A stretch of DNA of 11,879 nucleotides, taken from assembly GCA_043779265.1 (NCBI GenBank), contig JAYWEM010000053.1:1-11879 (forward strand), in the 5' to 3' direction. Origin of the DNA: a bacterium (GTDB lineage: Bacteria > Eisenbacteria > RBG-16-71-46). The stretch's first letter is position 1. Each line of letters begins with the position of its first letter. The notes below the pieces were generated by a model. It was not told the origin of the DNA, searched no databases, and was given only the letters and a program-made list of their open reading frames with translations. Below are positions 1 through 6,822 of this stretch, piece after piece. The translations under genes and the position numbers were made by a program.

Positions 1-1124
1 TCGACCAGCGTGCCAGCGACATCCATGTCGAGCCTTCGCGCGAGCGCATCACCGTGCGATTCCGCATCGACGGCGTGCTGCATGAGGTGATGAAGCCGCC
101 CAAGAACCTGCAGATGGCGATCGTCTCGCGCATCAAGGTGCTCGCCGATCTCGACATCGCCGTTCGCCTGCTGCCCCAGGACGGCCGCCTCACCGTGCAT
201 CTGCCGGATCGCGAGGTGGATCTGCGCGTCTCGACGCTGCCGACCTCGCACGGCGAGAAGGTCGTGATGCGACTGTTCGACAAGAGCGCGTTCGAGCGCC
301 GTGTCCAGTCGCTCGGACTCGACGAGAACGTGCTCGAGAAGTTCCGCCGGGTCATCCGCCAGCCCTACGGCATGGTGCTCATCTCGGGCCCGACCGGAAG
401 CGGCAAGACGACGACGCTGTACTCGGCACTCCAGGACATCCGTACCGTGCACCGCAATCTGGTCACGGTCGAGGATCCGATCGAGTATCACATCGAGGGA
501 GTCTCGCAGGTGCACGCGAACCAGAAGGTCGGCATGACCTTCGCCCGGGCACTGCGCGCGATCCTCCGTCAGGATCCCGATGTCATCATGATCGGCGAGA
601 TCCGCGACGCCGAGACCGCGGACATCGCCGTCAAGAGCGCGCTGACCGGACATCTCGTGTTCTCGACCGTTCACGCCAACGACGCCGCGGGCACGTTGAC
701 GCGTCTCATCGACATGGGGTTGCCGCGCTATCTCGTGGGTTCGGCCATGTCCCTGGTGATGGCCCAGCGCCTCGTGCGCCGCGTGTGCGATCGCTGCCGC
801 GAGACCTACGTGCCCGAGCGCGAGGAACTCGAGACCCTCGGTGAGGATGGCGCGATGCTGCAGGGCCGCACCCTCTCGCGAGGCCGAGGTTGTGTCGCCT
901 GCAAGCAGACGGGCTATACCGGACGCACGGCTCTCTTCGAAGTGCTGGAGCTGTCGCGCTCGACGCGGCGCATGGTGCTCGACGGACTCAACGAGGACGA
1001 GATCCGTCGCCGTGCGCTGGAAGAGGGGTTCCTCACGCTGCGCAAGGCCGGCATCCAGAAGGTGCTCTCCGGGCACACGACGGTGGCCGAGGTGCGCAGC
1101 GCCACGCTCGCGGATTCCGCCTGA
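1..1124 (+). CDS. pilB: Type IV pilus / T2SS assembly ATPase (PilB/GspE family), 5'-truncated by the window edge
   Basis: The frame is open from base 3 (DQRASDIHVEP..RFRIDG). It carries RLLPQDGR, Walker A GPTGSGKTT, Asp box TVEDPIEY, Walker B LRQDPDVIMIGEIRD, His box TGHLVFSTVHAND and the tetracysteine Zn motif CDRC...CVAC (found in PilB/GspE, absent from PilT). The GTG at 54 in the ORF track is not the true start. Confidence 0.95.
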   Translation, partial: DQRASDIHVEPSRERITVRFRIDGVLHEVMKPPKNLQMAIVSRIKVLADLDIAVRLLPQDGRLTVHLPDREVDLRVSTLPTSHGEKVVMRLFDKSAFERRVQSLGLDENVLEKFRRVIRQPYGMVLISGPTGSGKTTTLYSALQDIRTVHRNLVTVEDPIEYHIEGVSQVHANQKVGMTFARALRAILRQDPDVIMIGEIRDAETADIAVKSALTGHLVFSTVHANDAAGTLTRLIDMGLPRYLVGSAMSLVMAQRLVRRVCDRCRETYVPEREELETLGEDGAMLQGRTLSRGRGCVACKQTGYTGRTALFEVLELSRSTRRMVLDGLNEDEIRRRALEEGFLTLRKAGIQKVLSGHTTVAEVRSATLADSA

Positions 1125-2392
1125 TGCCCACCTACTTCTATCGAGCGCGTGACTCGCAGGGTCGGCCGCACGAGGGGCTCGAGGTCGCGGGATCCGAGGA
1201 CGAGATCCTGCGCATCCTGGCGCAGTCCCAGCTGACGCCCGTCCTGATCGAGGCTAGAAGCGCGGCCGCCGAGCGAGGCGTGACGCCGTTCACCGCCATG
1301 GGCGGAACGCTCCGCAACATGCTGCGTCAGGTTCAGCCCGGCGTGAAGGGCGAGTCCGTCGTGCTGTTCGCCCGTCAGTTGGCGACCATGATCGCAGCCG
1401 GCCTGCCGCTCGTTCGGTCGCTGCGCTCGATCACCCGGGATCATCAGGACAAGCGGTTGTCCAAGGTGCTCGAGCGGGTGTCCGACGACGTGCAGAAGGG
1501 CGAGTCGCTCGGCGCGGCGCTCGCGAAGCACCCGCAGGTGTTCGACGAGGTGTTCGTGAGCCTCGTGCACACGGGCGAGATCTCGGGGACGCTCGACCTC
1601 GTGATGGAGCACACCGCGAGTTACCTGGAACGCGCCGAGATCCTGAAGCTCAAGGTCGAGGCGGCGCTGCGCTATCCGCTCTTCATCTTGACGTTCGCGG
1701 CGGCCATCCTGGTGGTGATGTTCCTCAAGATCGTCCCGATGTTCGCGGGCATCTACCAGCGCTTCAAGGTGGAACTGCCCCTGCCCACTCAGATGCTGCT
1801 GTCGACCAGCCAATTCGTCACGTCCAACTTATTGCAGTTCATTGCGTTGGCGATTTTCGTCGGATTCTGGGGGCTCTACTGGGCCCAGACGGAGGGTGGC
1901 CGGTACGCGATCGATCGCTTCAAATTCAACTTGCCGCTCTTCGGCCCGCTGATCCGGATGTATGCTATCACCAAGTTCGCCCGCACTCTGGGCATCCTGA
2001 CGGGCAGTGGGACGCAGATCCTGACCGCTCTCAAGGTGCTCCGTCCGGTGCCGGGGAACCGGGTCCTGGAACGCGGCATCGACGCGGTCCGTCTTCAAGT
2101 AGAGGGGGGAACCTCTCTCTCGCGGGCGATGACCGAGACAGGCGTGTTCCCGGACATGTTGATCCAGATGACGTCGACCGGCGAGGAGACCGGGAAGCTC
2201 GACCAGTTGCTCAGCCGCACTGCCGATTTCTACGAGCAGCGAGTCGCGGCGAAGGTCGATGGCCTCTCGAGCCTCGTGGAACCCATCGCGATCGTGGTTC
2301 TGGGTGTCGTCATCGGTGTGATGTTGTTGGCCCTGTATCTCCCCATCTTCAATCTCGGCCAGGCGATGCGGTCCGGGATCTCAGGTGGCTGA
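1124..2392 (+). CDS. pilC: Inner-membrane platform protein (PilC/GspF family), 422 aa
   Basis: The ATG at 1124 overlaps the pilB stop (TGATG). Motifs: MPTYFYRARDSQGR, FARQLATMIAAGLPL, GEISGTLD, ALRYP, ELPLPT, GEETGKLDQLL, SLVEP and LYLPIF, with three TM segments. The ORF-track start at 890 lies inside pilB. Confidence 0.95.
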   Translation: MPTYFYRARDSQGRPHEGLEVAGSEDEILRILAQSQLTPVLIEARSAAAERGVTPFTAMGGTLRNMLRQVQPGVKGESVVLFARQLATMIAAGLPLVRSLRSITRDHQDKRLSKVLERVSDDVQKGESLGAALAKHPQVFDEVFVSLVHTGEISGTLDLVMEHTASYLERAEILKLKVEAALRYPLFILTFAAAILVVMFLKIVPMFAGIYQRFKVELPLPTQMLLSTSQFVTSNLLQFIALAIFVGFWGLYWAQTEGGRYAIDRFKFNLPLFGPLIRMYAITKFARTLGILTGSGTQILTALKVLRPVPGNRVLERGIDAVRLQVEGGTSLSRAMTETGVFPDMLIQMTSTGEETGKLDQLLSRTADFYEQRVAAKVDGLSSLVEPIAIVVLGVVIGVMLLALYLPIFNLGQAMRSGISGG

Positions 2393-2514
2393 TCGAGGTC
2401 GTTTTCCCAAGTACCCCCGGCGGAGCGGTCGCCTTGGTCAGCGGCCGAGTCGCATGAACGAAGAATCACCGGGCGGTCCCCGTCCGCACCCACGACGGCC
2501 GGAGCGCCGAACCC

Positions 2515-2520
2515 GAGGAG
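2515..2520 (+). promoter_or_regulatory. Shine-Dalgarno site of the major pilin gene
   Basis: GAGGAG lies 7 nt upstream of the GTG at 2528. Confidence 0.75.
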
Positions 2521-2527
2521 GTCTGCA

Positions 2528-2947
2528 GTGTTCAAGCAGTTCCTGAAGAGGAAGACCGATCAGAAGGGCTTCACGCTCATGGAACTCATGGTGGTCATCG
2601 TCATCGTCGCGATCCTCGCGGCCGTGGCCGTGCCCCTCTATGTGAACTATGTGAAGGATGCGAAGCGTACCGAGGCGAAGGGTGTCATCGGCGCGATCAT
2701 CACCGCAGAGCAGGCGTTCTATCAGAAGTCGGCGGGAAATGGCGCCGCGACGTACGCCGTGCGGACCGACCTCGAGACGGGTGGACTCCTCGACATCGCC
2801 GACGCCGAGGCTCAGTCGGGTTGGGTGTTCACGGTCGATCTGAACGGCCCCGATGGTTACACGGTCACCGCAACCAACACAGCCGATGCCACCCTCAGCG
2901 TCACGTACGCTCACACTCGGGGAGCGCCGGCAGTCTGGACGCCTTGA
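2528..2947 (+). CDS. pilA: Type IVa major prepilin (14-aa leader, 125-aa mature pilin)
   Basis: Class III signal peptide MFKQFLKRKTDQKG|FTLMELMVVIVIVAILAAVAVP with G-1, F1, E5 and P22. It has its own strong RBS, a 135-bp upstream intergenic region and a downstream hairpin, as expected for a highly expressed major pilin. The GspG-type DPWG motif is absent. Confidence 0.88.
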   Translation: MFKQFLKRKTDQKGFTLMELMVVIVIVAILAAVAVPLYVNYVKDAKRTEAKGVIGAIITAEQAFYQKSAGNGAATYAVRTDLETGGLLDIADAEAQSGWVFTVDLNGPDGYTVTATNTADATLSVTYAHTRGAPAVWTP

Positions 2948-3408
2948 GCCGATCGATTCGTCACGCGAAGCACCGTCTCTCGCAGACAAGCCCCGTTCGC
3001 TCGGTCGTGACGGGCGAGCGGGGCTTCTCGCTCATGGAGGCGCTCGTCGCCTCGGTGATCGCGATCATCGCGATCCTCGGCATGGCCTACACGTTCGGGC
3101 TCGGCCGCGGCCTCGTGTTCCGCTACGAGATCGCGCGAGCCGCGCTCGGCATCGTCCAGACGCGCATGGAGTTCCTCTCGACCTTGCCTCCCACCAGTGA
3201 TTCGCTTCGAGTGGGCTACGCGTCCGCTTCGACCGCGTTCGTCTACGAAGGCCAGAATGCGGGCTCGGAGTCGTGGCGCGTCACCGCCCACGACGACCCG
3301 ACGCTCCCCGGCCCTGTGAACCTGCGGCGCGTGCAGGCGGTGGTGCGCTGGGAAGCCGGCGGCCTGCGCGATTCGATCGACCTGGTCCGGATGTTCCCTC
3401 TCCCATGA
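2944..3408 (+). CDS. Minor pilin, PilV/GspI-like
   Basis: Cleavage site ERG|FSLMEALVASVIAIIAILG and C-terminal LRRVQAVVRW strand typical of PilV/GspI. The start is uncertain: TTG 2944 overlaps the pilA stop (TTGA), while GTG 3007 has no SD and lies in a hairpin loop. Confidence 0.8.
   Translation: MSRSIRHAKHRLSQTSPVRSVVTGERGFSLMEALVASVIAIIAILGMAYTFGLGRGLVFRYEIARAALGIVQTRMEFLSTLPPTSDSLRVGYASASTAFVYEGQNAGSESWRVTAHDDPTLPGPVNLRRVQAVVRWEAGGLRDSIDLVRMFPLP
2988..3026 (+). terminator. 16-bp stem-loop downstream of pilA (attenuating terminator or mRNA 3'-stabilising element)
   Basis: AAGCCCCGTTCGCTCG (2988-3003), loop GTCGTGA, CGGGCGAGCGGGGCTT (3011-3026). It has 14 Watson-Crick pairs and 2 G-U pairs, and only a short pyrimidine tail. 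Confidence 0.65.
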
Positions 3409-3896
3409 GCATTCGCCCACTCGACGAGCGGGGCCTCACGCTCACCGAGGTCATGATCGTGGCCGTGCTCGGCCTGCTCGTGATCTTCGGGCTGATCGGC
3501 TTCTACCTGCAGTCGCAGGCCACTTGGCTGGACGCCTCCGTCCAGACGATCACGCAGCGCGAGGCCACCATGATGACGCGCACGATCGCGGACAGCACGC
3601 GCATCTGCGCCACGGCGATCGTCACGCCGTCCCCCGACGCGGACCACTCGATGCTCTCCCTCGTGCGCAAGGGCGCACTGACCGCGCACTACCACTATTG
3701 GTGGGACAGCTCGGATTCGCTTGTGCATCAGGGCACCGACACTGGCGCCGGCGACCGGGGCCCGATCGGGGAGAGCAAGGTCGAGCGCTTCCGCGTCACC
3801 AGTGTCGGCGCGATGGTCACCGTGGAGCTGCGCCTGCGATCGCCCCAGGGACAGCGCGTCGAGGCGTTCTCGGGCGCAGCGCTGGTGAACCGATGA
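3405..3896 (+). CDS. Minor pilin, PilW/GspJ-like, 163 aa
   Basis: The ATG at 3405 overlaps the upstream stop (ATGA). MSIRPLDERG|LTLTEVMIVAVLGLLVIFGLIGFY has E5 and is followed by a long amphipathic helix (TQREATMMTRTIADSTR). It is the second gene of a V-W-X triplet. Confidence 0.8.
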   Translation: MSIRPLDERGLTLTEVMIVAVLGLLVIFGLIGFYLQSQATWLDASVQTITQREATMMTRTIADSTRICATAIVTPSPDADHSMLSLVRKGALTAHYHYWWDSSDSLVHQGTDTGAGDRGPIGESKVERFRVTSVGAMVTVELRLRSPQGQRVEAFSGAALVNR

Positions 3897-5188
3897 ATGC
3901 GGTCCGCGACGTGCGCCCTTCTGAGTCCGGCTTCGTCCTGGTCGGCGTGGTGATGTTCGTGCTGGCACTCGCCATCCTCGGGCTGTCGCTGTTCAGCCTC
4001 TCCAGCTATGAGGCCGGCTTCTTCCAGCAGTCACTCGATCAGGAGCGAGCCACGCAACAGGCGGCGGGCGGCGTCGAACTGGTCAAGAGTCTCGTGGCGA
4101 TGTCGCCCGACGATCTCTCGCGCGCGAAGGCGGCGGAGGGACAGCTCGGCATCGTGCACGCCAATGCCTGGCAGGTCGTGGGCGCGACGCTCGACTCGGT
4201 CGGCGGCGTGGATTGGTCGAAGCATGTCTTCATCCGAGTCAAGACGAGAGTCGGGCAGAGCGTGCGCCTGGTCGAGGGCAGGTTCATCCCGAAGGTGTCC
4301 GTGAACCCCTACAAGCATGTGATCACGTCGCGCGGCCCTGTCTGGTACAACATCATCACCCCCCCGGGCCCGCTCACGCGCATGGGTTCGACAACGTTGA
4401 CCGGGAAAGTCTGGCAGAGCGTCGGAGCATCGATCGACACCGCCTGGACCAGCTACGTCGATCGAGCCGCTGTTCCGCCCATCCGAACCGAGCCCGCTCC
4501 GGTCGCGAACGTGGGCGACTATTTCGCGGCGAACATGGCAAGTGCGACGCCCACACAGTGGGTCACGCAGGTGGGCGCTCAATATGAGATGACGCTCGAT
4601 GCCGGCAGCAGTACGGCGACTCGATTCTTCCGCAGTCCGGCGATGGCTCCTTCGGCTGCCGCGACAGCCGATCTCGGGACTTCGTTCGACTTCTTCAACG
4701 ACAAGCCGCTCAACTTGAATGTGAGAGGCAAGTGCGTCTGGATGGCCCCGGCGGGCATTCGATTCGACGGCAGGCTCAACGTGAGACGGATCGGAGGCAT
4801 GAGTGCGACGAACACGCTCATCATCGTCGCGGGGCCCAACGGACGGCTCACCATGCCCCAGGACTATCGTGACATCGGCATCTGGTTGTTCACTGGGATG
4901 CAGATCGAGAGCAACGATGTGCGCGTATTTCTCGTGAGCGATGGCGAACTCCGGCTCGAGGACTTCGCGGGTGACAATCAGAGCGACATGATGGGCGTCA
5001 GTCTGTTCGGTGATGGCCTGTGGTTCATGGGACCGCGCCAGGCCTCGGGCAAGACATGGAACCTTCGCTATGAGCCCGACATGGATGCCAGGGTCGACGA
5101 TCTCCTCGGCGCCGGCCTGCTGCCCTCGGCCACTGGGATCGTGTCCACCAGCTTCACACTCGTCCCCGGGAGTTGGCGTGAACAGTGA
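3893..5188 (+). CDS. Large PilX/GspK-like minor pilin with a ~300-aa extra beta-rich domain, 431 aa
   Basis: The ATG at 3893 has an ATGA overlap. ESG|FVLVGVVMFVLALAILGLSL lacks E5, a hallmark of PilX/GspK. ERATQQAAGGVE matches the PilX-N A..AAEAG motif, and the protein ends in SWREQ. Confidence 0.8.
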   Translation: MNAVRDVRPSESGFVLVGVVMFVLALAILGLSLFSLSSYEAGFFQQSLDQERATQQAAGGVELVKSLVAMSPDDLSRAKAAEGQLGIVHANAWQVVGATLDSVGGVDWSKHVFIRVKTRVGQSVRLVEGRFIPKVSVNPYKHVITSRGPVWYNIITPPGPLTRMGSTTLTGKVWQSVGASIDTAWTSYVDRAAVPPIRTEPAPVANVGDYFAANMASATPTQWVTQVGAQYEMTLDAGSSTATRFFRSPAMAPSAAATADLGTSFDFFNDKPLNLNVRGKCVWMAPAGIRFDGRLNVRRIGGMSATNTLIIVAGPNGRLTMPQDYRDIGIWLFTGMQIESNDVRVFLVSDGELRLEDFAGDNQSDMMGVSLFGDGLWFMGPRQASGKTWNLRYEPDMDARVDDLLGAGLLPSATGIVSTSFTLVPGSWREQ

Positions 5189-5212
5189 CGCTGGGTTAAT
5201 CCTCCCGTCCTG

Positions 5213-6259
5213 ATGAAGGCCTCTCTGGTGGCCCGGCCCTGGGCCGGACTCGATATCGGCGCCTACAGCATCAAGCTCCTCGCGCTCCAGCCGGGCGTGG
5301 GGGGCTCGCGCTTCTGGGCCTCCGAAGTGCCCCTGCCGCGCCAGAGCAGCGAGCTCGATGTGCTGGCGGCCGACCCCCTGACGCGCGCCATCGACCGGGC
5401 CTTCGAGGCCGCCGGACTTTCCGCCCGCGGCGTCCGCGGGATCAGCGTCGGGGTCTCCGGCCCCGACGTCATGGTCAAGCAGATCGCCCTGCCGCTGATG
5501 GATGAGTCCGAGGTCGCGGGAGCGCTGCGATTCGAGGCGCGCAAGCATCTGCCCTTCGACCCCGCCACGCTGGTGCTCGACTATCAGATCCTCGGACGCT
5601 ATCCGGGCGAGAAGAAGGTCGAAGTACTGCTGGCCTCGGTCTCGAGTCAGCGCTTGGAGCGCACGCTGGCGCCGTTCCACACGCTCGGGATCGAACCCTC
5701 GATCGTCGATGCCGCTCCGCTGGCGCTGACGAACGCCCTGTCGCGTGGCGTCGCCCATGAGGGCGAGGCCCGCTTGCTGCTCGATATCGGACTGACGGGC
5801 TCGTGGCTGACGCTCTATCAGCGCGGCGCTCCTTACTTCGCGCGTCGGCTCGACTGGGGTGGCGCGAGCGTCACGTCGGCGATCGCGCGTGCCCTCATGG
5901 TTCCGGATGAAGAAGCCGAGGAGTGGAAGCTCGAGGCGGGCAGCGACTCTCCGTCGCTTCGCATCCGTCCCGATGCCCCCGAGATGCTCGCCGTCCGCTC
6001 CAGTGTCGGCTTGCTCGCCGAGGAGATCCGGCGCTCGTTCGCGTTCTATCGCACCATCGGCAAGCTACCTGACCCCTTGACGCTCTGGGTTTCTGGAGGT
6101 ACCGCGAGGCTGCCCGGCCTCGCCGGCCAGCTCTCCGAGGGACTCGGCGTGCCGGTGCTTCGATTCGATCCGTTCGAAGGACTCGGCAATGCCGCGAACG
6201 CGCCCATCGGCGGCCCGCAGTTCGCGCAGGCGTACGGCCTCGCTCTGAGGGCCGCGTGA
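5213..6259 (+). CDS. pilM: Type IV pilus alignment protein PilM (actin/FtsA-like)
   Basis: Motifs GLDIGAYSIK, FEARKHLPF..LDYQ, LLLDIG, SGGTARLPGL and C-terminal FAQAYGLALR; 348 aa; first gene of an M-N-O-P-Q block. Confidence 0.93.
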   Translation: MKASLVARPWAGLDIGAYSIKLLALQPGVGGSRFWASEVPLPRQSSELDVLAADPLTRAIDRAFEAAGLSARGVRGISVGVSGPDVMVKQIALPLMDESEVAGALRFEARKHLPFDPATLVLDYQILGRYPGEKKVEVLLASVSSQRLERTLAPFHTLGIEPSIVDAAPLALTNALSRGVAHEGEARLLLDIGLTGSWLTLYQRGAPYFARRLDWGGASVTSAIARALMVPDEEAEEWKLEAGSDSPSLRIRPDAPEMLAVRSSVGLLAEEIRRSFAFYRTIGKLPDPLTLWVSGGTARLPGLAGQLSEGLGVPVLRFDPFEGLGNAANAPIGGPQFAQAYGLALRAA

Positions 6260-6822
6260 GTCTCGTCTTCACCATCAACTTCCGCCGCGAGGCCTTCCGC
6301 CGCGAACGCGCCCGTGCGAGGGAACGGGTCATCCGCCTCGGCATCTGGCTCGCCTACTTCGGCGTGATCGGGATCTCGATGGGCCTCTACGCGATGAATG
6401 CGTTCTCGCTCGGCACACGCACGGTCAATCTCGAGCGCATGGCCACGCGCATGCGCGCCCTGGAGTCCGGGCACGGGGATTGGCGACCGCGCGAGGAGGA
6501 TGTCATCGAGATCCAGCGCCACGCAGTGGATACCGGCCTGTGGCGTGACCGTCTCAGCCGCATCGGCCGCGTGCTGCCGGCATCGGCGCGACTCACATCG
6601 CTCCAGTGGAATCCGGACAACAGTTCGGGCGTGGATTCCAAGCTCGTCCTGGCCGGGATGTGCCGCGTACCCTCGGGCCAGGATCGCATGCAGAGTGTCA
6701 TGACATTCGTGCATGCGCTGCAGGCCGACACGATGATGTCTGCCAGCTTCCGCAACATCCGGCTCGTCACGACGAGCGCCACCGAGGCGGGCGATGCCCG
6801 CTTCGTGATCGAGTGCCGCTGA
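6256..6822 (+). CDS. pilN: PilN-like bitopic inner-membrane protein
   Basis: The GTG start overlaps the pilM stop. It has an N-terminal IN motif (INFRRE), one TM helix, W..RL..I...LP..ARLTSL, and a ferredoxin-like C-terminus (FVHAL...FRNIRL...FVIEC). It lies directly after pilM. Confidence 0.82.
   Translation: MSLVFTINFRREAFRRERARARERVIRLGIWLAYFGVIGISMGLYAMNAFSLGTRTVNLERMATRMRALESGHGDWRPREEDVIEIQRHAVDTGLWRDRLSRIGRVLPASARLTSLQWNPDNSSGVDSKLVLAGMCRVPSGQDRMQSVMTFVHALQADTMMSASFRNIRLVTTSATEAGDARFVIECR

Noticed and set aside
890..1123. Upstream extensions given by the ORF track for pilC (890), the PilV-like (2821), PilW-like (3273) and PilX-like (3524) genes and pilO (6606)
   Set aside because: They lie inside the preceding genes. 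Family N-termini and stop/start overlaps identify the downstream starts.
1..1124. Calling the ATPase PilT, or the whole locus a classical T2SS
   Set aside because: The tetracysteine motif and absence of the AIRNLIRE motif argue against PilT. Separate PilM, PilN and PilO and a pilin without GspG motifs argue against a canonical T2SS.
2414..2434. Possible sigma-54 promoter for pilA (GG-N10-GC in CCGGCGGAGCGGTCGC)
   Set aside because: Only the dinucleotides match, and the TGGCAC and TTGC context is absent. Such a match is expected by chance at this GC content.
4359..4365. C7 homopolymer in the PilX-like gene (also G6 at 2104-2109 and 5299-5304) as phase-variation tracts
   Set aside because: The runs are short, the reading frames are intact, and such runs are expected in GC-rich DNA.
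5173..5212. Possible internal promoter before pilM (TTGGCG...GTTAAT, or sigma-54-like TTGGCGTGAACAGTGA)
   Set aside because: The -10 element lacks the conserved TA start at proper spacing, and the sigma-54 -12 GC is GA. The match is too weak to call.
4031..5758. 575-aa minus-strand ORF, plus other long antisense ORFs (914..1813, 6387..7454, 10234..11874)
   Set aside because: These are shadow frames of well-supported + strand genes in high-GC DNA. The translations are rich in R/H/G/A and have no recognisable motifs.
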